64,000 bases of DNA from Kofleriaceae bacterium (GTDB lineage Bacteria > Myxococcota_A > Polyangia > Haliangiales > Haliangiaceae). The stretch spans positions 336,242-400,241 of the forward strand of contig DASTLB010000022.1 of assembly GCA_035715365.1 (NCBI GenBank), given 5' to 3'. The translations under genes and the position numbers were made by a program. Below the pieces are notes generated by a model. That model was not told where the DNA came from and did no database searches. It saw nothing but the letters and a program-made list of their open reading frames with translations. Positions 17,801-25,780 of this stretch are shown here, in pieces. Positions within the stretch are counted from its first letter, which is position 1, and each line of letters opens with the position of its first letter.

Positions 17801-18178
17801 CTCGGTGATGCCGTTGACGAGCGTCGTCGCGACCGGGCCGTCGATCGACGTGTCACCCATGGTGATCGTGCCGGTGCGCAGCGCCATCGCGCCGCCGGTG
17901 ATCTTCGTCGTGCCGTCGTAGTGATACGGCGTGACCTCGACGAAGCCCTCGGACACCTTCACGTCGTGCGTCAGGTAGCCCGCGCGATACGTGCCGCTGT
18001 CGTTGCGGAACGCGGTGATCGCCTTCTGCGCGAGCAGCTGGAGATCCCGCTCGGGGCCCGCCACCAGCGTACCGGTCTCCGTCGGCGCCGGCTCCGTCGG
18101 CTGGGTTGGCTTATCGGAGCCCTGGCAAGCCGCAAGTCCGGCTACCAGCGCCAACTGGAAGAAGCGTGTGCTGTTCAT
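14867..18178 (-). CDS. Large secreted lipoprotein with about 14 tandem 50-aa repeats ([FYL]xVxWxDxRxxxxDIFGxR...) and a C-terminal Cys-rich domain of Myxococcus type
   Basis: Lipoprotein signal MNSTRFFQLALVAGLAAC|QG (start ATG 18178; the track start 18208 is upstream). The repeats are visible by eye. The C-terminal CSTDAQCGTGGFCVDSRCCESACGG...C-x-C pattern resembles the myxobacterial Cys-rich repeat. Confidence 0.7.
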   Translation of the reverse strand: MNSTRFFQLALVAGLAACQGSDKPTQPTEPAPTETGTLVAGPERDLQLLAQKAITAFRNDSGTYRAGYLTHDVKVSEGFVEVTPYHYDGTTKITGGAMALRTGTITMGDTSIDGPVATTLVNGITETTRGAAIETITNREDGIEQAWRFDSAPLADGDLVVSVSVVGQTFVADTATGLHFKSPTALGFRYSDATWVDAKGTTWPIDARYVDGQIVMTVPEDIVKSSTFPAVLDPTVTAEVAVDAPVNGGTGTGANQAAIASDGTNYLVVWSDRRLSTDADIFGTRISPSGTILDADGILIGSGPGIQTHPTVTFAGGTYVVAWEDFKVTDGTESDIVAARVSSAGAVTQLGTIAGTTTSETEPALGSAGGTGLLTWTVGAANIQGAIFNGTTFGAPFNVAASANVEIQSAVAGAPGTGFLVAWSEGAQTDANLRGSIVTTGGSVGAAFDISAAANRQFDPTVAFNGTNFMVAWSNNNGGLNIFGTRVTTAGAVLDTRVENTLTVGGVPVTTAADSQEQPKIACTAATCLVVWRERRNFATASFDIFGQRLNPDFTLAGGELQIATANQAQQAPAVATDGSNFFSVWHDSRDARIQTVFGSAVSAAGAVGANLRLVTGNNREFNPAVGHAGNTHVVAWTDSRSNDSTDVMFVRFNGLTKLDANALTLNGSANAQFAPAISSSGGTQMFAIWSDTRSGVDADLFMTKINTDGSVTSAAGTPLAQAAGDQLTPAVAVSNPGGTAAGAALVVWQDRRGTSFDIMGALLDASGNIIKNDIVICDAAGDQNRPAVAFDTNNQQWVVVWSDGRVNTDFDIFGARIDATGTVLDANGVLVSGGATGSQFTPSLAFTGGIFLAVWQDRRSDGEGDIFGARIQAGASLNVLDPSGFGIGGTTGAQSSPTVAQNVGSFLVAWQDGRNAATTGSDIFGIGIGTTGAVGEPEFVISAGPENETTPALGDSSAAKVSRIAYVKERPDLQTVRVVSRQITVSATTGSLCSTDAQCGTGGFCVDSRCCESACGGNAIDCQSCKSTLTGQPDGVCAPTLLGKVCRPYADTFCDRQEKCDGVNITCPDDIGRRQGIACTTSVGGTGVCPPDDVTGAPHVCQ

Positions 18179-18271
18179 GGATGCTCCCATGCAAGATCGA
18201 ATGCTCATGATACTCGCTTCCCGGTCGTCTGGAGTCGACCATACCCCGTTGTTATCCGACTGCTTTGTGGT

Positions 18272-19390
18272 CTAGGTCTCTCGTGTAATGGCCGAGAGCA
18301 CCCGGTCCTGATCAGCAATTCCGAGCGACGAGCCACTCGGCAGACACACGCCATGGCGAAACAGTGATTCGGCCACCTCGCCGCGAACGGTGGGTGCGCC
18401 GGCAAAGGCTGGCTGTAGGTGCAGCGGCTTCCACACCGGCCGCGCCTCGATGTCGGCGGCGGCGAGCCGCGTCAGGAGCGCGTCGCGATCCTCGCCGTGG
18501 GCCGGATCGATCGTCGCGCAGGTCAGCCAGAACGTCGCGCGGCCGAACTTCGCCTCGGGCATGAACGACCACCCGGGCCGGCCGGCGAGCGCCTCGCGGT
18601 AGCGGCGGTTGATCGCGCGGCGCGCCTCGACGCGGCGGTCGAGGTCGGCGAGCTGCGCGCGCCCGACCGCAGCGAGCAGGTTCGAGAGCCGGTAGTTGTA
18701 GCCGACGACCTTGTGCTCGTAGTGCGCGACCGGCTCGCGCGCCTGGGTCGCGAGGTGACGCGCGCGATCGATCAACGCCTGATCGCGGCCGAGCAGCATG
18801 CCGCCGCCCGACGTCGTGATGATCTTGTTGCCGTTGAACGACAGGATCGAGAGCTCGCCGAACGATCCGGCGGGACGGCCGCCATAGGTTGCCCCGAGCG
18901 CCTCGGCCGCATCCTCGACGAGGATCACGCCATGCCGGCGGCACGCGGTGACGATCGGCTCGTAGTCAGCGCACTGGCCGTAGAGATCGACCGCGATCAG
19001 CGCCTTCGGCAGGCTGTTCGTGCGCGCCGCGCGGTCGAGCTCCTCGACGACGAGGCCGGGATCGAGGTTCCAGCTCGCGGTGTCGCTGTCGACGAACACC
19101 GGCGTCGCGCCGACGTACGCGATCGCGTTCGCGGTCGCCGCGAACGTCAGCGTCGAGCACCACACGCGATCGCCGGCCCCGATGCCGAGCGCGAGCAGCG
19201 CGAGGTGGAGCGCGGCGGTGCCACTCGCGGTCGCGAGCGCGTGCGGCATGTCGAGCCGCGACGTGATCTCGCGCTCGAACGCGTCGACCTCGGGACCGAG
19301 CGGCGCGATCCAGCCCGATGCGAGCGCCTCGGTCAGGCGCTGGAGCTCGGCGCCCGATAGCTCGGGAGGAGACAGGTAGATCCGAGCCAT
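18272..19390 (-). CDS. DegT/DnrJ/EryC1/StrS-family PLP-dependent sugar aminotransferase (PglE/WecE-like)
   Basis: Motifs LSFNGNKIITTSGGGMLL (PLP-Lys region), VGYNYRLSNLLAAVGRAQL and GVCLPSGSSL. Confidence 0.9.
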   Translation of the reverse strand: MARIYLSPPELSGAELQRLTEALASGWIAPLGPEVDAFEREITSRLDMPHALATASGTAALHLALLALGIGAGDRVWCSTLTFAATANAIAYVGATPVFVDSDTASWNLDPGLVVEELDRAARTNSLPKALIAVDLYGQCADYEPIVTACRRHGVILVEDAAEALGATYGGRPAGSFGELSILSFNGNKIITTSGGGMLLGRDQALIDRARHLATQAREPVAHYEHKVVGYNYRLSNLLAAVGRAQLADLDRRVEARRAINRRYREALAGRPGWSFMPEAKFGRATFWLTCATIDPAHGEDRDALLTRLAAADIEARPVWKPLHLQPAFAGAPTVRGEVAESLFRHGVCLPSGSSLGIADQDRVLSAITRET

Positions 19391-19399
19391 CGTCCTCGC

Positions 19400-21313
19400 T
19401 CAGGCTCCGACGACCAGTTGCGATCCGGTGGTGGCCTCGACCCGGCGGGGCTTCGTCTCGCGCGGCAGCTCGGGCGCGCCCGTGTACTCGGGCACGAGCG
19501 CGTGCAGCGCGTGGCGGATCCGATCACCGTCGAGCTCGACCGACGCGATCAGCTCGTCGACGCTGCGCGAGGCCTCGGCCCAGCCGACCGGCGCGATCCG
19601 GCCGATGAAGATCTTCGGGTGCTTCGTCTTGGACGCGTGCTCGGTATCGGTCGACAGCTCCTCGAACAGCTTCTCGCCCGGGCGGATGCCGGCGAACTCG
19701 ATCGCGATGTCCTCGTCGGGGCGCAGGCCGGAGAGCCGGATCAGGTCGCGCGCGAGGTCGACGATCTTCACGGGCTCGCCCATGTCGAGGATGAAGATCT
19801 CGCTGCCCTCGCCCATCGCGCCGGCCTGGAGCACGAGCTGGCTCGCCTCCGGGATCGTCATGAAGTAGCGCTTCATCTCGGGGTGCGTGACCGTGACCGG
19901 GCCGCCGCGCGCGATCTGCTCCTTGAAGATCGGGATCACCGAGCCGTTGCTGCCGAGCACGTTGCCGAACCGCACGGTCACGAACCGCGTCTTGCTGCGC
20001 TGGCCGAGCGCCTGCGTGTAGATCTCGGCGACGCGCTTCGTCGCGCCCATCACCGACGTCGGGTTGACCGCCTTGTCCGTCGACACGAGCACGAAGCGAT
20101 CGACCTCGTACTTGTCGGCGAGCGTCGCGAGCACGCGCGTGCCGCCGACGTTGTTCTTCACGGCCTCGCCCGGGTTCGCCTCCATCATCGGCACGTGCTT
20201 GTGCGCGGCGGCGTGGAACACGACGTTCGGGCGGTGCTCGGCGAACACCTGATCCATCCGCTTGGCATCGGTGACGTCGGCGATGCACGGCTCGATCGCG
20301 AGCGTCGGGTGCTCCTTGCGCAGCTCGCGATGGATCTCGAACAGCGCGTTCTCGAACCGCTCGACGAGCACGAGCCGCTTCGGCGCGAACCGGCAGACCT
20401 GGCGGCAGAGCTCGCTGCCGATGCTGCCACCGGCCCCGGTGACGACGACGATCTCGTTGCGGATCGAGTGATTGATCGAGACCTCGTCGAGCTGGACCGG
20501 CTCGCGGCCGAGGAGGTCCTCGATCGCGACCTCGCGGATCCGCGACAGGTTCACGCGATCGTCGACGATCTCGTAGATGCCCGGGATGATCTTGGTGTCG
20601 AGGTTCGCTTCCTTGCACGCCATCGCGATCCGGCGGATCTCCGAGCCACCGGCGTTCGCGATCGTGATGAGGACGCGGGCGATCCGCTTGCGCTGCGCGA
20701 CCTCGACGAGCTGTGCCGTCGTGCCGAGCACCGGCAGGCCGCCGATGTTCGCGCCGACCTTCAGCTTGTCGTCGTCGAGAAAGCCGACCGCCTGCAGCCC
20801 GAGGTCCGGGCGGCGAGCGATCTCGCGCGCGACCATGACGCCGGCCTCGCCGGCACCGATCAGCAGCACGCGCTTCTTGTGACGATCCTTGCCGCGGCGC
20901 TTCTTGTCGCGCGCCTCGACGTAGCCGCGCCGGGTCGCGCGCACACCGACGAGCGCGCCGATCGCGAGCACGAGGTTCGCGCATAGCACGCCGAGCGGGA
21001 GGAACAGGAACTCGAGCGCGATCCCGTCGAGCAGGCGCGGGATCAGCAGCAAGCTCGACGCGACCGTCATCGCGAGCACGACCGTCGCGGCTTCCTTGAA
21101 GCTGATGTAGCGCCACGCGTACTTCGGGACGCCGAAGACGACGAGCGCGCCGTACTCGAGACCGAGCACGAACGGCCAGCTGATCGACGCGATCTGGAGC
21201 CAGTAGCTCGGGATCGAGAACTCGAAGCGGATCAGGAAGGCCAGCCAGAACGCCGCCGACAGCACCCCGAGATCGACCGCGATCTGCAGACCTCTAGTAA
21301 GAAAGCGGGGCAT
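19400..21313 (-). CDS. Membrane-anchored UDP-sugar 4,6-dehydratase (CapD/PglF/WbpM family)
   Basis: Four N-terminal TM helices, then two Rossmann/SDR-like domains with VLLIGAGEAG and VTGAGGSIGSEL plus the catalytic region VSTDKAVNPTSVMGATKR. Confidence 0.9.
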   Translation of the reverse strand: MPRFLTRGLQIAVDLGVLSAAFWLAFLIRFEFSIPSYWLQIASISWPFVLGLEYGALVVFGVPKYAWRYISFKEAATVVLAMTVASSLLLIPRLLDGIALEFLFLPLGVLCANLVLAIGALVGVRATRRGYVEARDKKRRGKDRHKKRVLLIGAGEAGVMVAREIARRPDLGLQAVGFLDDDKLKVGANIGGLPVLGTTAQLVEVAQRKRIARVLITIANAGGSEIRRIAMACKEANLDTKIIPGIYEIVDDRVNLSRIREVAIEDLLGREPVQLDEVSINHSIRNEIVVVTGAGGSIGSELCRQVCRFAPKRLVLVERFENALFEIHRELRKEHPTLAIEPCIADVTDAKRMDQVFAEHRPNVVFHAAAHKHVPMMEANPGEAVKNNVGGTRVLATLADKYEVDRFVLVSTDKAVNPTSVMGATKRVAEIYTQALGQRSKTRFVTVRFGNVLGSNGSVIPIFKEQIARGGPVTVTHPEMKRYFMTIPEASQLVLQAGAMGEGSEIFILDMGEPVKIVDLARDLIRLSGLRPDEDIAIEFAGIRPGEKLFEELSTDTEHASKTKHPKIFIGRIAPVGWAEASRSVDELIASVELDGDRIRHALHALVPEYTGAPELPRETKPRRVEATTGSQLVVGA

Positions 21314-21526
21314 TGCGCGTGGGGGATTAGTGGATGGTCAGCCAAGGACCGTTCACGGCGAAACGTCGCGCACCCTAACATGGGCGTCCTGATTTGCGCC
21401 TGTGAATCCGAGCACTTCCACCGCGCTGGCCGTGAGGGCACGGTAAGCCGGGCAAACTGCGCGAACGAACGAGAAATCCGGACGGACCGGTCACGATCTG
21501 ATGAATGTTCATTCGCGGAACGGAAA

Positions 21527-21556
21527 CAGCCCGGGGGAGGCCATCCCGCCGGGCTG
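21527..21556 (-). terminator. Candidate intrinsic terminator after the TSP3/LamG lipoprotein gene (8-bp stem CAGCCCGG/CCGGGCTG, extendable to about 11 bp, followed by UUUCCGUU)
   Basis: Inverted repeat seen 22 nt downstream of the stop at 21578 on the minus strand. The U-tract is imperfect. Confidence 0.4.
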
Positions 21557-21577
21557 CATCGATCGATCGGAGCTTGG

Positions 21578-23326
21578 CTACGGGCAGACGCCGTTCGCGC
21601 TGCCGAAGATCTGCGCGACCTCGCCCGCGGTGATCGCGCGCGAGAACACGTTCACGTCGTCAAGCGAGCCGTTGTAGCGCAGGTTCTCGGCGCGGTTGAC
21701 GCCGAGCTTGAGCGCGCTGAACGACAGCGTCGGGCCGGTCCACACCGCGGCGTTCGTCTGCACGCCGTCGAGGTAGACGACGAGGTTCGAGCCACCGTCG
21801 TAGGTGACGACGATGTGCTGGAACGCGGTCGTGCTCGCGTTGCCGATGTTGACGGCGAGGTTCGGCGCGGTCGTGCCGCCGACCTTGAGGCGATAGCCCT
21901 TCGTGCCGTTCCAGTCGACCTGGAACGTGTCGGTCGTCGCGACGTTGCCCTCGGTCGACGACACGAGGCCGGTGTTCGCGGACTGGAACGCGTTCGCCTT
22001 CGCCCAGAACGAGACCGAGAACGCGCCCGTGCGATCGAACGCGGCGGCCTTCATGAAGTTCGTGCCGTCGAACGCGAACGCCTGGCCGAGCTGGCCGGCG
22101 CCGAACAGCGCGCTGCCGGAGAACGTGCCGTTCGCGCCGCCGATGCTGTCGTTCGCGTTGCCGTCGCCGGCCCAGTGACCGATCGCGCCGGGAACGATCG
22201 CGCAGTTCGTATCGCACGCGTCGCCGATGCCGTCGTTGTCGGCGTCCGCCTGGTCCGCGTTCGCGGTCGTCGGGCAGTTATCGACGTTGCCACACACGCC
22301 GTCGCCGTCGACGTCGTTCGCGGCATCGAGCGGGCACGCATCGCACGCGTCGCCGGTGCCGTCCGCGTCGCTGTCCGCCTGGTCCGCGTTCGCCGCCGCC
22401 GGGCAGTTGTCGACGTTGCCGCACACGCCATCGCCGTCCGCGTCGTTCGCGGCGTCGGCGGGGCACGCATCGCACGCGTCGCCGATGCCGTCGAGATCGC
22501 CGTCGAGCTGGTCGGAGTTCGCGACCGTCGGGCAGTTGTCGACGCTGCCGCACACGAGGTCGCCGTCGACGTCGTTCGTCGGATCGGTCGAGCACGCGTC
22601 GCACGCATCGCCGATCCCGTCGGCGTCGAAGTCCGCCTGGTCCGGGTTCGGGTTCGCCGGGCAGTTGTCGACGCCGTCCGCGACGCCGTCGTTGTCGGTG
22701 TCGACGATGTCGCACGCATCGCCGATCCCGTCGGCGTCGGCGTCCGCCTGGTCCGCGTTCGCGACGAAGTCGCAGTTGTCGACGTGGCTCAGCACGCCGT
22801 CACCGTCCGGATCGAGGTTCTCGAGCCGGAACGCGATCGTCGTGTTCGCGCCGAGGCCCCACTTCTTGTAGCCCGCGGGCGCGACCGACGTCGTGCCGGT
22901 CGGCAGCACCTGGACGTCGCGGAAGCCGAGCGCCGCGCCGTCGAGCCGCGGGATCACGCGATAGCACTGGTTCAGCGTGTACGGCGGACTCGACACGTTG
23001 AGGTTGACCTTGTACTGCTGGCTCGTCGGATAGACGAACACGGTCGAGAACGTCTGCACGACGTTGCCGACGATGCCCGCGTTGTTGCAGTCGACGTCGT
23101 GCACCGTGATCGTCAGCCGCTTCTGGAAGCTGCCGTCGAACGTGCCCGGAAACGTCGGCGGTGGATCGCCGAGCGGTGCCAGGAAGAAGAACCCCGGAGT
23201 CCCACCCGTCGTCGCGTCGCTGACGAGTGCTTGATCGGCGGCGGATAGCTCGTCCCCTGACGACGCGCACCCGGCAACCAGCACGACCCCTAACAGCCCT
23301 GTTACGCCATGAATGATCTGTTTCAT
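21578..23326 (-). CDS. Lipoprotein with thrombospondin type-3 (calcium-binding) repeats and a C-terminal LamG/concanavalin-like domain
   Basis: Signal/lipobox MKQIIHGVTGLLGVVLVAGC|AS (ATG 23326). Eight or more DxDxDGxxDxxDNCPxxxNxDQxDxDxDGxGDACD repeats. The C-terminal approx. 200-aa beta-sandwich-like segment ends ...LDDVNVFSRAITAGEV. The track fuses it into a 1364-aa read-through ORF (21578-25672). Confidence 0.75.
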   Translation of the reverse strand: MKQIIHGVTGLLGVVLVAGCASSGDELSAADQALVSDATTGGTPGFFFLAPLGDPPPTFPGTFDGSFQKRLTITVHDVDCNNAGIVGNVVQTFSTVFVYPTSQQYKVNLNVSSPPYTLNQCYRVIPRLDGAALGFRDVQVLPTGTTSVAPAGYKKWGLGANTTIAFRLENLDPDGDGVLSHVDNCDFVANADQADADADGIGDACDIVDTDNDGVADGVDNCPANPNPDQADFDADGIGDACDACSTDPTNDVDGDLVCGSVDNCPTVANSDQLDGDLDGIGDACDACPADAANDADGDGVCGNVDNCPAAANADQADSDADGTGDACDACPLDAANDVDGDGVCGNVDNCPTTANADQADADNDGIGDACDTNCAIVPGAIGHWAGDGNANDSIGGANGTFSGSALFGAGQLGQAFAFDGTNFMKAAAFDRTGAFSVSFWAKANAFQSANTGLVSSTEGNVATTDTFQVDWNGTKGYRLKVGGTTAPNLAVNIGNASTTAFQHIVVTYDGGSNLVVYLDGVQTNAAVWTGPTLSFSALKLGVNRAENLRYNGSLDDVNVFSRAITAGEVAQIFGSANGVCP

Positions 23327-23400
23327 CGGACGCCCTGGGTAACACGCGGACGTGCGCGCGATGGGGTATCCGTGGGGTGCTGTCGGGCGAGGAGAGATCT

Positions 23401-25746
23401 CTACTCGTAGCGGCGCAGTGACTGCAGCAGCCACGATCGATTCGGTGCGCGCGTCGCGATCGGACGCAGCACCGCAGCCGCTCCGGAGCGATCCCCGAGC
23501 GCGGCGAGCAGCGCGGCGTGCTCGCATGCGGCCCACGTCGCGACGAACGGCACGTGATACGCGGCGTAGAAGTCGAGCGGCGCGCGATACGCCGCCTCGA
23601 GTGCCCGATCCGGGTGCGTCGCCGGATCCGGCGCGGCGATGCACGCACCGCCGAAGAACGTCGCGCGCGCTCGCACGAGCTGCGCGAGCGACGCCGGGGC
23701 ACCGTACGCCGGCCTGACGTCGGTCGCCTCGGCCGCGAGCTTGTCGAGCTCGGCGGCGACCTCGGGCGCGCGCGCCGGCTCGATCACGCCGGCGACGAAC
23801 AGGCACGCGCCGCGCTCGCGCACCGCCGCGTCGCTGCCGCCCGGCAAGCACGGCGCGACGGTCTTCGCGGCCTCGGGGTCGCCGTCGATCCACTGCAGCA
23901 GCGCGAGCGCCGCACGCCTCACCGGCCGCCGCGATGCGCCCGCGCGCTCGAGCGAGCGCTGGTAGAGCTCCTTCGCGCGCTTGCGATCGCCGGACAGCGC
24001 GACGACCTTCGCGAGCCCGGCGAGCGTGTCCTCGCCCTCGGCGAGCCGCAGCGCTTCCTCGGCCGCGGCGATCGCCTCGTCGAACTTGCCCACCGCCGCG
24101 AGCGTCGTCGCGTAGACGCCGACCGCATCGGCCTCGCCCGGGAACGCGTCGCGATACAGCGTGCCGACGCGCAGCGCCTCGTCCGGCTCGTCGAGGTAAA
24201 GCAGCACCGCGGAGTCGTGATCGTAGATCCGGCCGCGCAGCGCGGTCGCCGGATCGGCGAGCAGCGCGCGGTACTCGTCGCGTGCGATCGCGTAGTGGCC
24301 CGCGCGGTAGTCGAGCTCCGCGGCCCAGAACGCGAGCTCGCGATCCGCCGGCTCGACGATCGCGGCGCGCGCCGCCGCCGGTCCGCGATCGACGAGCGCG
24401 ATCGCCGCATCGAGCAGCGTGCGGTCCTTGCCGGTCGCGGCGTCGCGCGCGCGCCCCGCCGCCGCCCGCGCCTGCGCGAGATCGGACTCCGAGCCGCCGC
24501 CGAACAGGATCATGTACGCGTTCGCGCGCGGATGATCCGGCGCGACCCGGAGCGCGGCGCGCAGCGACGACAGCGCCTTGTCGTTGTAGAACACGTCGTA
24601 CTCGGCGAGCGCGCGCGTGACGTACTCGTCGCCGGGGCGCACCGGCTCGGTGCGATGCGAGCGCCACCACCAGAGCGCGACGACCGCCGCAATCGCGAGC
24701 ATCGCGGCCGCGACCGCGATCGGCCACCGGCGCGCCGGCGGTGCGAACAGTCGCTTGCGCTCGGCCGCGACCGCATCGCGCAGCGCGCGCATCGTCGGCC
24801 ACCGCTCGGCCCGGGCCTTCGCCATCGCGCGATGCACGATCGCCTCGATGCGATTCGGGACGTCCGGCAGCGGCGGCGGCGCGTCCTTGACGATCTGCTG
24901 GAACAGCGCGTCGATCGTCTGTGCCGCGTACGGCGGCTTGCCGGTCAGGATCTCGAACGCGAGCACGCCGACCGAGAACACCTCGGTCTGCTCGTCGGGC
25001 ATCGCGCCGCCGACCTGCTCGGGCGCCATGTAGAGCGGCGTGCCGAGCAGCTGACCCGCCTGCGTCCGATACGTATCGATCGGTCCGCGCGGCGAGCGCG
25101 CTGGATCCGAGCGCACCGTCGCGTCGAGCGAGGCATCGGCCGGCCGCACCGTCGCGTCGAGCGACGCATCGGCCACCGGCCCCGAGCGCACGGTCGCGTC
25201 GAGCGATCCGTCGGGCGTCGCGACTGCGGCGGCGCGCCGCTCGCCCGGCGGGATCGTGACCGGGCCTTCGTGCAGCAGCTTCGCGAGCCCGAAGTCGAGG
25301 ATCTTCACGCCGTCGCCGGAGATCATGATGTTCGCGGCCTTGATGTCGCGATGCAGGATGCCGCGCGCGTGCGCCGCGACGAGCGCATCGCAGATCTCGT
25401 GGATCCAGCGCAGTGCCGTCTCGAGCTGCGGCGGCCCATCCCTGTGCAGCGTGTCCGACAGCGTGCGGCCCTCGACGAGCTCCATCACGAGGATGTCGGT
25501 GCCGCGATGGGCGACGATGTCGAACAGCGTGACGACGTGCGCGTGGCGAACCGCCGCGGCCGCGCGAGCCTCGCGCAGCATCCGGGCGCGCAGCTCGAGC
25601 TCGCCCGCGTCCTGCTCGGGCAGCACCTTGATCGCGACGTCGCGATCGAGCCGCTCGTCGCGCGCGCGCCACACCTCGCCCATCGCGCCCTTGCCGAGCT
25701 GCGAGATCAGTCGGTACGGACCGATCAGATCACCGGGCTCGACCAT
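23401..25746 (-). CDS. Ser/Thr protein kinase with a single TM segment and a C-terminal TPR-like helical repeat domain
   Basis: Hanks kinase motifs GKGAMGEVWRA, VAIK, HRDIKAANIM, DFGLA and GTPLYMAPE. A TM segment WPIAVAAAMLAIAAVVALWWW is followed by an Ala-rich helical repeat region. Confidence 0.85.
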   Translation of the reverse strand: MVEPGDLIGPYRLISQLGKGAMGEVWRARDERLDRDVAIKVLPEQDAGELELRARMLREARAAAAVRHAHVVTLFDIVAHRGTDILVMELVEGRTLSDTLHRDGPPQLETALRWIHEICDALVAAHARGILHRDIKAANIMISGDGVKILDFGLAKLLHEGPVTIPPGERRAAAVATPDGSLDATVRSGPVADASLDATVRPADASLDATVRSDPARSPRGPIDTYRTQAGQLLGTPLYMAPEQVGGAMPDEQTEVFSVGVLAFEILTGKPPYAAQTIDALFQQIVKDAPPPLPDVPNRIEAIVHRAMAKARAERWPTMRALRDAVAAERKRLFAPPARRWPIAVAAAMLAIAAVVALWWWRSHRTEPVRPGDEYVTRALAEYDVFYNDKALSSLRAALRVAPDHPRANAYMILFGGGSESDLAQARAAAGRARDAATGKDRTLLDAAIALVDRGPAAARAAIVEPADRELAFWAAELDYRAGHYAIARDEYRALLADPATALRGRIYDHDSAVLLYLDEPDEALRVGTLYRDAFPGEADAVGVYATTLAAVGKFDEAIAAAEEALRLAEGEDTLAGLAKVVALSGDRKRAKELYQRSLERAGASRRPVRRAALALLQWIDGDPEAAKTVAPCLPGGSDAAVRERGACLFVAGVIEPARAPEVAAELDKLAAEATDVRPAYGAPASLAQLVRARATFFGGACIAAPDPATHPDRALEAAYRAPLDFYAAYHVPFVATWAACEHAALLAALGDRSGAAAVLRPIATRAPNRSWLLQSLRRYE

Positions 25747-25780
25747 CGCCGGTCATAGTAGCCGCGATCGATCGCCGCGA

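Noticed and set aside
21380-23248. 622-aa plus-strand ORF (V/R/A/D-rich) opposite the TSP3 lipoprotein
   Set aside because: Its repetitive composition is the complement of the Asp/Ala/Gly-rich TSP3 repeats on the minus strand. It has no motifs, and the minus-strand product has signal peptide, lipobox and recognisable domains.
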